Shown in pieces: positions 1 through 9,747 of a DNA stretch of 64,000 nucleotides (the stretch's first letter is position 1; the number at the start of each line of letters is the position of its first letter). The translations under genes and the position numbers were made by a program. Origin of the DNA: Vicinamibacterales bacterium (GTDB lineage: Bacteria > Acidobacteriota > Vicinamibacteria > Vicinamibacterales > G965250185); contig OZ252293.1 in NCBI GenBank assembly GCA_965250185.1, positions 1,176,329 through 1,240,328 of the forward strand, given 5' to 3'. The notes below the pieces were generated by a model. The model was not told the origin of the DNA, searched no databases, and saw only the letters and a program-made list of their open reading frames with translations.

Positions 1-1051
1 ATCTCGACTGTCCGGCGCTCGCCGCCGTAGGTCTCGAGCAGCTCCAGGCTCGAGACGCCGTGCTCGTTCGAGATGAAGGCGATCCACTCGCCGTCTGGCG
101 ACCAGCGCGGATGGAAGGCGTCGTGCGTGAAGAACGTCAGCTTGTAGGGCTCGCCGCCCGCCACAGGCTGCACGTACAGGTTCACGTACTGGTCGGCGGC
201 GCCTCGTGTGGACGCGTAGACGAAACGCTTGCCGTCGATCGAGACGTCCGGTCGCGGCCGGAAGAGCGACTGCTCGTGCAGCACGGTGACCGCTTTCGCC
301 ATGCCGTTGGCCTCGGCCGGGACGCGAAAGACATTGCCTGAGCCGAGCGAGATGTCTCGGTTGGCGACGAGCAGCAGCTCGGTGCCGTCCCGGGTCCACT
401 CCGGCTCGATGTGCATGTCCCACTCGCCGAAGTACAGGCGTCGGTTCGGGTACTCGTGGTCCTGGGTCACGGCAATCTCGGGACCGGCCCACCGGTCCCC
501 GTCGATCGGGCGGATGAAGACGTTGAAGTAGCCGTTCGGTTTCGTCGAGACGTACGCCACCTTCGAACCGTCGGGTGAGAAGGTCGGGTCGACGTAGATC
601 TGGTCGTCGTCGGTGAGGCGCGAGCTCTCACCCGTGGCGACGTTCAGGATCTCCAGCTGGATGGTCTTGCCGCCGTCGTCGGCGGTGTACACGATCCAGG
701 CGCCGTCTGGCGACCAGTCGGGCGACGAGTGGTATTTCTCGTTGTAGCTCAGCTCGTCCGCGATGCCGGTCTCCGGGTCGACCGCCCAAATCGATCCAGC
801 GAGCGAGATGGCGATCCGACTGCCATCGGGCGACCAGCTCGGGGCCCAGGGCGTGGAGCTGGGCGCGGGCGGCAGGTAGAAGTTGTGCATGTAGTTTCCG
901 CCGTGCCTGGAGGCCGGATAGTTCCGTTCGGCGACAGGGCGAGGCGGGTCGGGGATGCCCCAGTGCGCGAGGCCTGATTGGTCGCCGAATGCGACGAGGC
1001 CGGCCAGGGCGCCGACGGCTGCTGCACGACGAGCGAGCTGGTGGTGGCGCA
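1..1051 (-). CDS. PD40/TolB-like beta-propeller repeat protein, N-terminal part (3' end runs off the window)
   Basis: My own minus-strand translation from ATG 1049-1051 gives MRHHQLARRAAAVGALAGLVAF (signal-like). Repeated W/F-SPDG blades follow (SWSPDGSRIA, DWSPDGAWIVY, FSPDGSKVAY, RWSPDGEWIAF). It is absent from the ORF track because it stays open at the window edge. Confidence 0.75.
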
Positions 1052-1140
1052 TCGTCGGGGGTCCTTTCGGGTTTCATCCACAGAGCGATCGTGCGCGGGA
1101 ATTCGACGCCAGCGTATCCGAAATGCGGAGCGCTGGGTAG

Positions 1141-1177
1141 AAAAAAACGGGAGCCGCGGCCGATGCCGCGACTCCCG
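1141..1177 (-). terminator. Rho-independent terminator after the TonB-dependent receptor gene
   Basis: The minus strand reads CGGGAGUCGCGG-CAUCGG-CCGCGGCUCCCG, a 12-bp stem with one G-U pair, followed directly by UUUUUUU. It lies about 25 nt after the stop codon at 1202-1204. Confidence 0.75.
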
Positions 1178-1201
1178 TCGATGACGACCGGATCGGAGTG
1201 A

Positions 1202-4153
1202 CTAGAAGTCGATCCGGAAAGCGAACTGACCCGAGCGCGGCACGTAGGCCGTGCCCGCGTTCTGCGTCGGGTTCCCGAAGTTGCTGCGGTTGATGTTCCG
1301 CTGATACCCACCGAAGTTCGCGTGGTCGAACAGGTTGAAGACCTCCGCGATACCCGTGATCCGCACGGTGCCGATCCGGAAGATCTTCGACACGCGCAAG
1401 TCCACCTTGTGCAGCGCCAGGCCCTGGAGGGCGTTGCGCGGCACCTCGGTATTGGTGCCAATCACGTTTGGCCCGTCGAAACGGCTGAGGAACGCCGGGT
1501 TGACCGTGATCGGCGAACCGATGTTCAACCGGTTCCTGGACGCCGGCTTGCCGTAAGGCCTTCCCGACACGGTCGTGTCGAACTGATTGCCGGATCCGAA
1601 GAAGTACGAGCCGGCGATGGAAATGTCGTACGGCAGTCGGTAGATCCCGTTGAGCCGGATCGTGTTGCGCTGGAAGTCCCTCGCGACCGACCAGTCGGCA
1701 TCCGGGTCGAACGGGTTGTTGGGGAAGTAGCCCCAGCTCGTCGTGTTGTTGTTCTTGAAGAACATGTACGTCCAGGTCGCGCCGAACTGGAAGTTGTCGC
1801 GGAACCGGCGGGTGAGGCCCGTCGAGAGCGCGGCGTAGTCCGCCTTACCCTTAGGCTCGAGCCATCGGACCTGCGTGTAGTTCGGGTCCGGCCGGTTGCT
1901 CGTCGGCACGGAGTACCCGGTCGCCGGATTGAACGACAGGTTCAGGTCGCGCGCGCGCGGACTGTTGTACTCGTGCCAGTAGACGACGTCCGCCTCGACG
2001 CCGATCACGTCGGAGAGCTGCTTCTGGAAGCCGATCGAGCTCTGCCACGTGTAGGGCATGATGTAGTCGTGCGCGATGACGCGCGGCGCCTGTGGAGGCA
2101 CCGGTGCGTTGCCGCTCACCACATCCGCCGCCGTGACGCCGCGGGTCGGGTCCTGCAGGAAGCCCGGCTGGCCGTCGTTCGGGTAGGAGTTGACCAGGAT
2201 GCGCTGGCCGTTGAACGACTGCTGCGAGAACGTCACGTTGGACGAGCTCACGGTGTAGAAGAGCCCGCTGCCGCCGCGGATGACCAGGCTGCTCTCTTCG
2301 TCGACCGCCCAGTTGAAGCCGAACCGCGGCGCGACGTTGTTGAGGTCGCGGATGTCGCTGCGGAACAGCTGGTCGCCCGCGTTAATGGCCACGTTGCCGG
2401 CGTGGGCTCCACCGTCGGCCGGGTCGAACGTCGCCTGCGTCGTGACATGCGGTGGCGCGGTGGCGCCCCAGTCCACGTCCCAGCGCACGCCGTAGTTGAT
2501 CGTCAGCCGGTCGCTGAGGCGCCAGGTGTCGCCGAACCACACGGCCCACGTCGGCCGCGGAATGTCGATCTCCCAGTTGCCGGCGTTCTGGTTGAACCGG
2601 TTGACCGTCCCGTCGAGGCCCGAGACATCCCACGTCGACGGATCGAGCGCGCCCGCCTCCGGGAATCGAGCTTCGATATCCGCGGGACGGCTATTGAAGA
2701 TGAACTCGCCGCGCTCGAGCAGATGCCACTCGCCGCCATCCTTCCAGCCGAGGAACTCTCCGCCGAGCTTGAAGTCATGATCGCCCTTGTGCATGTTCAG
2801 GTCGTAGCGACCAGAGAACAGGTCCTGCGTGAACAGCTGCGGGAAGTTGCGTGGGCCGCCGATCGTCAGGCCGGGGAACACATAGTTCGGCTGGCACCCG
2901 GTCGAGAATGTGCCGGTGTTGCCGAACGCCTGCGAGCACCCGCCGATCTGATCGGCGAAGGCCAACCGGTTCGTCCACTCGAAGCCGTTGTAGCCGACCT
3001 TGACCTCCTGGACCATGTTGTCGTTGATGACCTTCGACCATGTGCCCAGAATGTTGGTCGAGTCCTGGGTGCGAGCGCGGGCATTGGTGATGTGCTGCCC
3101 CGAGGTCATGTCGACGGGCGTCTCGAAGTCCCAGTACGCGCCGCGAACCGACAGGTGGTCTCGATCCGATAGCACGGTATCCACCCGCCCCGTCAGGCTG
3201 TTCTGGTTGACCTTCGACTCGACCGTGAACGACTGGTTGGGTAGATTGCCCGGCTGGGCGAAGACGGTGCCCGGCTGGCGCTCTCTCTCGTACGACAGGA
3301 AATACAGCAGCTTGTCGCGCGTGATGGGGCCGCCGATCGTGCCGCCAATCTGCTGGTTCTCGAACGGCAGCACCGTGCCGGCGACGTGGTCCTTCGCGTT
3401 GAATCTGTCGTCACGGAAGAAACCGTAGAAGCCTCCGTGCGTCTGGTTCGTGCCCGAACGCGTGATCGCCTGCACCTGGATGCCCGATGAACGGCCCTGG
3501 GTGATGTCGAACAGGTTCGTCACGATCTGGAACTCGGCGATCGCCTCTCGGCTGAACTTCGGCTGGCCGAAGAAAGAGCTCGCAACGCGCTGCGTCACCT
3601 GCTGGCCGTCGAGGTTGAGCTGGAAACGCTCGTCCTGTGACTCGCCCGGCCGGTTGTTGTTGGTGTCGTTCGCCGTGATGCCCTTGACGAGCATCGACAG
3701 CTCCATCCAGTTACGACCCGAGATCGGCAGCTCTTCCATCTGGCGACGGTCGACGTTGCCGGAGACCTCGTTGGAGGTGATGTCGATCAGTGGCGCCTCT
3801 GAGGTCACCGTGACCGACTCCTCGAGTCCCGCCACGCCGAGCGTGAACGGAATGGACGCATTCTGACCAACCAGCAACTCGAGCGCCGGGACCTCGACGG
3901 TCGCGAAACCCGGCAACTCGGCCGTGATCCGATAGGTGCCCGCCGCGACGCTGGGCATCCGGTAACCACCGTTTTCGTCGGTGATCGAGAAGTACTGCCG
4001 GCCCGAAGCGACCTCGGTGGCCGTGACGGTCACACCAGGCAGCACGCCGCCAGAATCATCGGCGACCGTGCCGATGACTGCGGCCTCTTGGGCGTTGGCC
4101 GTTGCCAGGCCCAGGACCGAAAACGCGAACAAAAAGACTAGAACACGTCGCAT
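1202..4153 (-). CDS. TonB-dependent outer-membrane receptor with N-terminal carboxypeptidase-regulatory-like domain
   Basis: ORF 1202..4312 trimmed to ATG 4153, which gives the signal peptide MRRVLVFLFAFSVLGLATANAQEA. A GAGGAGAGG Shine-Dalgarno lies 7 nt upstream. The N-terminus has a CarboxypepD_reg-like segment (VTVTATEVASGRQYFSITDENGGYRMPSVAAGTYRITAELPGF). The body is long and beta-rich, and the terminus ...FAFRIDF is aromatic, typical of OM barrels. Confidence 0.85.
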   Translation of the reverse strand: MRRVLVFLFAFSVLGLATANAQEAAVIGTVADDSGGVLPGVTVTATEVASGRQYFSITDENGGYRMPSVAAGTYRITAELPGFATVEVPALELLVGQNASIPFTLGVAGLEESVTVTSEAPLIDITSNEVSGNVDRRQMEELPISGRNWMELSMLVKGITANDTNNNRPGESQDERFQLNLDGQQVTQRVASSFFGQPKFSREAIAEFQIVTNLFDITQGRSSGIQVQAITRSGTNQTHGGFYGFFRDDRFNAKDHVAGTVLPFENQQIGGTIGGPITRDKLLYFLSYERERQPGTVFAQPGNLPNQSFTVESKVNQNSLTGRVDTVLSDRDHLSVRGAYWDFETPVDMTSGQHITNARARTQDSTNILGTWSKVINDNMVQEVKVGYNGFEWTNRLAFADQIGGCSQAFGNTGTFSTGCQPNYVFPGLTIGGPRNFPQLFTQDLFSGRYDLNMHKGDHDFKLGGEFLGWKDGGEWHLLERGEFIFNSRPADIEARFPEAGALDPSTWDVSGLDGTVNRFNQNAGNWEIDIPRPTWAVWFGDTWRLSDRLTINYGVRWDVDWGATAPPHVTTQATFDPADGGAHAGNVAINAGDQLFRSDIRDLNNVAPRFGFNWAVDEESSLVIRGGSGLFYTVSSSNVTFSQQSFNGQRILVNSYPNDGQPGFLQDPTRGVTAADVVSGNAPVPPQAPRVIAHDYIMPYTWQSSIGFQKQLSDVIGVEADVVYWHEYNSPRARDLNLSFNPATGYSVPTSNRPDPNYTQVRWLEPKGKADYAALSTGLTRRFRDNFQFGATWTYMFFKNNNTTSWGYFPNNPFDPDADWSVARDFQRNTIRLNGIYRLPYDISIAGSYFFGSGNQFDTTVSGRPYGKPASRNRLNIGSPITVNPAFLSRFDGPNVIGTNTEVPRNALQGLALHKVDLRVSKIFRIGTVRITGIAEVFNLFDHANFGGYQRNINRSNFGNPTQNAGTAYVPRSGQFAFRIDF

Positions 4154-4559
4154 CGTTTTTCCTCTCCTCAAACCAACTTCCGGGATCCTCACTCGCGTAC
4201 GACCGGATACTCTCACCGTCGAATCGACGCCGTCACCTGGAGCGCCGCTTCGACTCTTTACGTGTGAAGCCAAACCCAACGAACGATCGAATGTCGAGCG
4301 GGTTGGGAGCACTCTACAGCAAATCCCCTACCCGTAGTAGGGAAAAATATGTGGCTACCATCGCAAGTTTCGTTCCGCTATCTCCGTCCTAACCGTTTCA
4401 GCTTCAAGTTGTGATATTACATACACTTACAAAGGAACAGGTTTCGCCCATCGAGGCTCTCGGTATTCAAATTTTCGAGTTTTCGCAGGCCAATGATCCG
4501 ATATTTTGAAGTTTGGCCTTGCGACGGCGAAATTCCTGATGTGGCAGATCGGGAGGGAA

Positions 4560-5207
4560 TCAGTGCGGTGCGATGCCGTGCTGAACCGCGTACAGGACCA
4601 GTTCGGCGTTCGTTCGGACGCCAAGGCGCTCCATCACCCGGTACTTGTGGTGCTCGACCGTGCGGGCCGAGATGTCGAGGCGCGCCGCGATCTCCTTCGC
4701 CGAGTGTCCCTCCGCCACCAACTGCAGGACCTCGAGCTGGCGCGACGTGAGCTCACCGGGTGCCGTGCCTGAGCGAGTCGGTTGACGCCGGGCTCGCGCC
4801 ACCGCCTCGGTCAAGGAAGGCGCCATGTAGTGTCGACCGGCGAGCGTTTCGTTGATGGCAATGACCAGCTCGGTCGAGGCCGACTGCTTGAGCACGTACG
4901 CGGCGGCACCAGCCTCCTCACCACGCAGCGCGTACGTGACGTCGGGGTGCATCGTCAAGAGCACCACACGGGCGTTCGGATCGTTGGCGAGGATCTGGCG
5001 TGTCGCCTCGATCCCGTTGAGCTCGGGCATCGAGACGTCGGCGATGACCACGTCTGGCTTCAACTCGGATACCGCGGCGACCAGTTGACGTCCGTCGGGC
5101 ACGGTGCCGACGATGTCGAAATCGGTTTCGAGCAGCCGCCGCAGCCCTTCGATGAAGATCTGGTGGTCGTCCGCCAGGAGGAGACGAGGGCGAGTCATGC
5201 CAGTCAT
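4560..5207 (-). CDS. NarL/FixJ-family response regulator (REC + LuxR-type HTH)
   Basis: The REC domain contains RLLLADDHQIF and DVVIADVSMPELNG. The C-terminus has the LuxR HTH LTSRQLEVLQLVAEGHSAKEIAARLDISARTVEHHK. The start overlaps the kinase stop as ATGA. Confidence 0.9.
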   Translation of the reverse strand: MTGMTRPRLLLADDHQIFIEGLRRLLETDFDIVGTVPDGRQLVAAVSELKPDVVIADVSMPELNGIEATRQILANDPNARVVLLTMHPDVTYALRGEEAGAAAYVLKQSASTELVIAINETLAGRHYMAPSLTEAVARARRQPTRSGTAPGELTSRQLEVLQLVAEGHSAKEIAARLDISARTVEHHKYRVMERLGVRTNAELVLYAVQHGIAPH

Positions 5208-6298
5208 GATGCCTGACCACCCAGGGGAACGACGACGTCGATGGTGGTGCCTTCGTCACCGGAGGTGATACTGACCCGACCCTCGACGAGGCGAGCCCGC
5301 TCGTCCATGCTGCTCAACCCGAGCCCGGGGCGTCCCCGGAGCTTCAGGCGATCGAATCCACGGCCGTCGTCGGCGATCGTGAGCCGAAGCACGCCGCTGC
5401 GGCACGTCAGGCCAATGTGCACCTCACTGGCGGAGGCATGCTTCGCCACGTTCCTGAGGCCTTCCTGCACGATCCGGTACGTACTGAGCGACACTTGGTC
5501 CGGCAGCTTCGCCGGCACATCCAAGGCGTCGACCTGCACTGGCACGCCCTCTCGCTCTCCGAAGCCGGTGGCCTCCGCTTCGATCGCCGCGACCAGGCCG
5601 AGGTCGTGCAGGATGGATGGATGGAGTCGCCGCGAGATTCCGTGCACGTCGGTCGAGAGCGCGACGATCTGATCCTTCATAAGTGCCAGCTCGCCTGCCA
5701 CGTCGCTGTCACCGCCGACTCTGGACTCAAGGCGTCCGACATCGATGGCCAACGCCGCGAGGCGCTGAGACAGGTCGTCATGGAGTTCGCGCGCGACCTC
5801 CTGCGCGACCAGTTCCTGGTCGGATATCAACCGAGCCGTCAGGCGACGTAACTCTCTCTCGCTCCGTTGAAGGGCCGCTTGGGTCTCCTTGGCGATCGTG
5901 ACGTCTTGTGCCACGACGTTGACGCCGCCGACCTCGCCGTCATCACTGCGGAGGGGGTAATAGTTGACGAGCCAGTGCCGACTGACTCCAGCATCGTTGC
6001 GAGGCGTCGCTTCGATCTCGACGTCACACACCGGCTCGCCGGTCTCCAGTACCGAGCGCAGGATCTGCTTCGTACTTGGGCTTGCGTCCGGACGGACTTC
6101 GTCGAGCGTGCGGCCGAGGATCTCGTCGACCGAGGTGCCGCTGAACTCCGCCAGAACCTCGTTGACACGCATGAAACGCAGGTCGCGGTCAAGGACGCAG
6201 AGCCCGAACGGCGCGGTCCGATACAGTTGCGTCAGCTCGGCCAGATCCCTGGTAGGGTTGGCTTCGTCGTAGCCGACATTGGAGATCTGGCGAGCCAT
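5204..6298 (-). CDS. PAS-domain sensor histidine kinase (HisKA_3 / HATPase_c, NarX-like class)
   Basis: ORF 5204..6979 trimmed to ATG 6298 (MARQISNVGYDE...); the upstream 227 codons are Ser/Arg/Pro-rich shadow sequence. A PAS-like region is present (FGLCVLDRDLRFMRVNEVLAEFSG). The H-box is ELHDDLSQRLAAL. ATPase motifs include RIVQEGLRNVAKHA and DDGRGF. Confidence 0.85.
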   Translation of the reverse strand: MARQISNVGYDEANPTRDLAELTQLYRTAPFGLCVLDRDLRFMRVNEVLAEFSGTSVDEILGRTLDEVRPDASPSTKQILRSVLETGEPVCDVEIEATPRNDAGVSRHWLVNYYPLRSDDGEVGGVNVVAQDVTIAKETQAALQRSERELRRLTARLISDQELVAQEVARELHDDLSQRLAALAIDVGRLESRVGGDSDVAGELALMKDQIVALSTDVHGISRRLHPSILHDLGLVAAIEAEATGFGEREGVPVQVDALDVPAKLPDQVSLSTYRIVQEGLRNVAKHASASEVHIGLTCRSGVLRLTIADDGRGFDRLKLRGRPGLGLSSMDERARLVEGRVSITSGDEGTTIDVVVPLGGQAS

Positions 6299-6413
6299 GT
6301 GAACCGTCGACGCTAGAGTGGGAACAACAGCTACGCAAGCGTAAACCTGTCGGGACGACGGGTCAACCGCGAGCCCAGCCTTCGGCCGGCTCGCTCTCAG
6401 GAGGAAGATTCGG

Positions 6414-7226
6414 GTGGCTGACGCGATGCGACCGGTCGATCTCGTACGCGTCATGGCGACGGGGCGAGAAACGGCGTCCGACCATGTGGCCGTCGAGGAA
6501 CCACTCGAGGTGCGCCTGAACGGCGAGCCGTTCGCGGTCATCATGCGAACTCCGGGCGCCGACCATGACCTGGCGGCCGGCTTTCTGCTCGCGGAGGAGG
6601 TTGTGCGCGGGCCGGAGCACGTCGGGACCATCCGGTACTGCGAGGCGCCGGACGAACCGAATCTCCAGAATGTCCTGGATGTGGGGATCGTCGGGATCGA
6701 CATCTCCGGCCGGCTCCAGGAACGCCGCCGCGTCACCATGACGGCGGCGTGCGGGCTTTGCGGCCGCACGACGATCGAGTCCCTCAGGAGCGTCGGGAGG
6801 CCGGTTGATGCCGACTGGACACTCCAGGCCACGGTGGTGACGAGGCTGCCCGAGCGACTCAGGGCCGCCCAGGCCGGCTTCGACGCGACGGGCGGGCTGC
6901 ACGCCGCCGGGCTGTTCGATCGCCTCGGCATGCTGGACGGTTTTGCCGAGGACATCGGCCGCCACAACGCCGTCGACAAGGTGATCGGCAGACGCCTGCT
7001 CCGCGAGCAGTTCCCGATTCGCGACCGTCTCCTCTTCGTGAGCGGACGAGCCTCGTTCGAGATCGTTCAGAAGGCGTGGTTGGCCGGCATCCCCTGTGTC
7101 GCGGCTGTCTCGGCACCCACCAGCCTCGCGGCCGATCTGGCCGTCGAGGCGGGCATCATCCTGATCGGCTTCGTCCGCGGCGAACGGTTCAACATCTATT
7201 CGCACGCGGAGCGGGTGCTTGGATGA
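6414..7226 (+). CDS. fdhD: Formate dehydrogenase accessory sulfurtransferase FdhD
   Basis: FdhD hallmarks are EEPLEVRLNG, TAACGLCG, GGLHAAGLF, EDIGRHNAVDKVIG and SGRASFEIVQKA. The start is GTG; an ATG 12 nt downstream is an alternative. Confidence 0.85.
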   Translation: MADAMRPVDLVRVMATGRETASDHVAVEEPLEVRLNGEPFAVIMRTPGADHDLAAGFLLAEEVVRGPEHVGTIRYCEAPDEPNLQNVLDVGIVGIDISGRLQERRRVTMTAACGLCGRTTIESLRSVGRPVDADWTLQATVVTRLPERLRAAQAGFDATGGLHAAGLFDRLGMLDGFAEDIGRHNAVDKVIGRRLLREQFPIRDRLLFVSGRASFEIVQKAWLAGIPCVAAVSAPTSLAADLAVEAGIILIGFVRGERFNIYSHAERVLG

Positions 7227-7274
7227 ATGGTGGCTCCACCGCTCGACGGCTACAAAGCCGTGTGTAGGGCGCGC

Positions 7275-8054
7275 CTAAAGGCCCGCACCCCCGGGTTTCC
7301 CCGTCATGGGAACAAACCTCACGGGGAACGTGGCCTCCTCCACAACGCCTTCGCCGGTCTTGGTCACGATGACCATCTCCTGATACGCATCGCCGACCGG
7401 AATCGCCATCCGGGCACCAACGGCCAGTTGCTGGACCAGCGCCGCGGGAATCTCGTCGGGTGCTGCTGTGACGAGGATTGCATCGAACGGCGCGTGCTCG
7501 GGCCAGCCGAGATAGCCGTTCCCGGTGCGTACCCGCACGTTGTCGTATTCCAGCTCGGCGAGCGTGGCGCGCGCCCGGTCGGCCAGTTCGGGGATGATCT
7601 CGATGCTGTAAACCTCGGCGACCAGCTCGGACAGCACGGCTGACTGATAGCCGGAGCCAGTGCCGATCTCGAGCACTCGGTCGTCGGGGGCCAGCTGAAC
7701 GGCTTCCGTCATGTAGCCGACGATGTAGGGCTGCGAGATGGTCTGGCGGAGCCCGATGGGCAGGGGATGGTCGCCGTAGGCCGCGGCCGCCGCATCCTCG
7801 GGGACGAACCGGTGGCGGGGGACACTCGCCATCGCGCGGAGGACCCGTTCGTCGGCCAGGCCCCTGGCGCGCAACTGCTGCTCGACCATCCGCCGCCGCT
7901 CATCGGTTCGGTCGTCCGCACCGACCTGGGTGGTCACGACCGTCCGGCTCGTTACCGGAACATTCGGCGACGGGTCACACGCCGGCGCGAGACCCGTTGC
8001 AAGAATCGCAAGGGGCGCAATACCGAAGCTCATCCGTTGGTGCAGTCGTGGCAT
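7275..8054 (-). CDS. pcm: Protein-L-isoaspartate O-methyltransferase with lipoprotein-like leader
   Basis: Diagnostic motifs are QTISQPYIVGYMTE and the SAM motif VLEIGTGSGYQSAVL. The N-terminus LATGLAPAC resembles a lipobox. Confidence 0.85.
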   Translation of the reverse strand: MPRLHQRMSFGIAPLAILATGLAPACDPSPNVPVTSRTVVTTQVGADDRTDERRRMVEQQLRARGLADERVLRAMASVPRHRFVPEDAAAAAYGDHPLPIGLRQTISQPYIVGYMTEAVQLAPDDRVLEIGTGSGYQSAVLSELVAEVYSIEIIPELADRARATLAELEYDNVRVRTGNGYLGWPEHAPFDAILVTAAPDEIPAALVQQLAVGARMAIPVGDAYQEMVIVTKTGEGVVEEATFPVRFVPMTGKPGGAGL

Positions 8055-8123
8055 GTCGACCTCCGGCGGGCCCAGTCTCTCGGGGGACGCTCGATTGCTG
8101 CTATCCTGGACCTACCCGACATC

Positions 8124-8831
8124 ATGTTCCTATTGTTCATCGTGGCCGGCTTCGCGGCCATGTTCCTCGTGCACACGGCGCCGTTTCCGTTTCTGCTCGA
8201 CGGGCTCGCCTCGGCCCGCTCTCTCTGGCGGATGCCATCCGACGAGGGACCCATCATCTATCTTACGTTCGACGACGGCCCGAATCCGACCGCGACGCCT
8301 GACCTGCTCGACGTCCTGGCCGAGCATGGGGCACGCGCCACGTTCTTCGTGATCGACAAGCACATCAGCGAGGCAACCGCACCGATCCTGCGTCGCATGT
8401 TCGTCGAGGGGCATTCGGTGGGTCTGCATTCCGACACGCGCGGCCACATGATGATGTCCCCGACGCAGTTCGCCGCCACTCTCACCGAGGCGGCCGATCG
8501 GATCGAGCAACTCGCTGGCCAGCGGCCGTGTCGTGCGTACCGGCCACATGCCGGCTGGCGCAGCAGCTACATGTACGAGGGTCTCCGGCAGATCAATCAC
8601 TCGCTCGTGGGCTGGGGGTGGATGCTGTGGGACTGGAACTGGTTCCGGCGCCCGAGCTCCGACGGCATCGTCAAGCGCGTGGTGGGGCGAGCCTCGCCGG
8701 GTGACATCGTGGTCATCCACGACGGTCATCATCAGGATCCGCGGGCGGACCGGCGCTACGCCGTGGAGGCCATAGCCAAGTTGGTGCCGGCCCTCCGTGA
8801 CAAGGGTTTCACGTTCGGCACGATCTGCTGA
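8124..8831 (+). CDS. Polysaccharide deacetylase (NodB homology) family membrane-anchored protein
   Basis: ORF 7767..8831 trimmed to ATG 8124 (MFLLFIVAGFAAMFLV, a TM anchor). NodB motifs are LTFDDGPNP and ATFFVI.... Confidence 0.8.
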   Translation: MFLLFIVAGFAAMFLVHTAPFPFLLDGLASARSLWRMPSDEGPIIYLTFDDGPNPTATPDLLDVLAEHGARATFFVIDKHISEATAPILRRMFVEGHSVGLHSDTRGHMMMSPTQFAATLTEAADRIEQLAGQRPCRAYRPHAGWRSSYMYEGLRQINHSLVGWGWMLWDWNWFRRPSSDGIVKRVVGRASPGDIVVIHDGHHQDPRADRRYAVEAIAKLVPALRDKGFTFGTIC

Positions 8832-8857
8832 GTTCCTCCGACGTCGGTGGCGTGTCT

Positions 8858-9574
8858 TCAGCTGGTTGCAGCACGTGCCCGACGTACGTGCAGCCAGAGG
8901 GACAGCAGCCCATAGTACGCTGGGTACGCGAGTGACACCCCGACCAGCGCCCCATTGACCCGCGGGAGCTGCAGAATCATCAGGAGAACCAGCAGCGCCC
9001 AGAGAATCCCGAGTCCTATGGTGAGCCGCCGCAGCGTCGGGGTGCGCGACGGATAGACATATCCGATCGGCACGAACACGAGCCCGCTGAGCACGAGCAG
9101 GACGGCGGCGTTCGCGGCCGGCGGCGCGTCGCCGACGAACAGGTAGAGGGCGACGATGTTCCAGTACGACGGGAAGCCCGTGAAGAAATGGTCGCTCGAC
9201 TTCGCCTCCTTTCGGGCGAAGCCGTAGGCACTGGCCACGAGCATGACGCCGGCCACCCCGATCCCCAATCCATCGGACTCGGGCAGCAGACCCGCCTCGA
9301 CGATCAGGATCGCGGGTACGAAGACGAAATTCAGGTAGTCGACGATGTCGTCGAGCCGACGCCCGTCGAAACCGGGCAGCACGATCTCGACCCGGGCGCG
9401 GCGCGCCAACCAGCCATCGGTCGCATCGATCGCCAGCGCTACGAACATCAGGAGAAACGCCGATCGGTAGTCGCCGGCGAAGACCGCGATGACGGCACCG
9501 AAGGCCAGGATGGCTCCGGCTCCTGTGTATGCGTGAACGATCCAGGCCCACGCCGTGGCTCGCGGGTTGGTCAT
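8858..9574 (-). CDS. pcs: CDP-alcohol phosphatidyltransferase, phosphatidylcholine synthase (Pcs)-like
   Basis: The motif DATDGWLARRARV...DGRRLDDIVDY, plus FFTGFPSYWNIVALYLFV, matches rhizobial Pcs as I remember it. The protein is polytopic. The start was trimmed to ATG 9574 (MTNPRATAW). Confidence 0.7.
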   Translation of the reverse strand: MTNPRATAWAWIVHAYTGAGAILAFGAVIAVFAGDYRSAFLLMFVALAIDATDGWLARRARVEIVLPGFDGRRLDDIVDYLNFVFVPAILIVEAGLLPESDGLGIGVAGVMLVASAYGFARKEAKSSDHFFTGFPSYWNIVALYLFVGDAPPAANAAVLLVLSGLVFVPIGYVYPSRTPTLRRLTIGLGILWALLVLLMILQLPRVNGALVGVSLAYPAYYGLLSLWLHVRRARAATS

Positions 9575-9747
9575 GATCGTTGGTCGCCGGTGCCGGCGAT
9601 CGGCGACCGTCGGACATGGACGACGCCTTGAATTCGTGTTCATTGTAGACCACGAGCGGAGCGCCGCGACGAGGGGGACGGGTTGACATCGCGCGGGATC
9701 TGCTGCATCGTTCCACGCGATCGTCAGTCCGCTGCCGGAGCGTTCTG

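Noticed and set aside
1322-3172. 616-aa plus-strand ORF antisense to the TonB-dependent receptor gene
   Set aside because: It is a typical high-GC shadow frame with Arg/Val/Asp/Glu-rich low-complexity sequence and no motifs. The opposite strand encodes a well-supported receptor over the whole span.
5204-6979. Long N-terminal extensions in track ORFs 5204..6979, 21383..23416, 53532..55973, 7767..8831, 41014..42330 and 52005..53912
   Set aside because: The upstream portions are low-complexity and overlap neighbouring genes. Internal starts with SDs, signal peptides or family-typical N-termini give proteins of normal length.
8130-9716. 528-aa minus-strand ORF spanning the deacetylase and pcs regions
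   Set aside because: It is an Arg/Pro-rich shadow frame. It conflicts with two well-supported genes on both strands.
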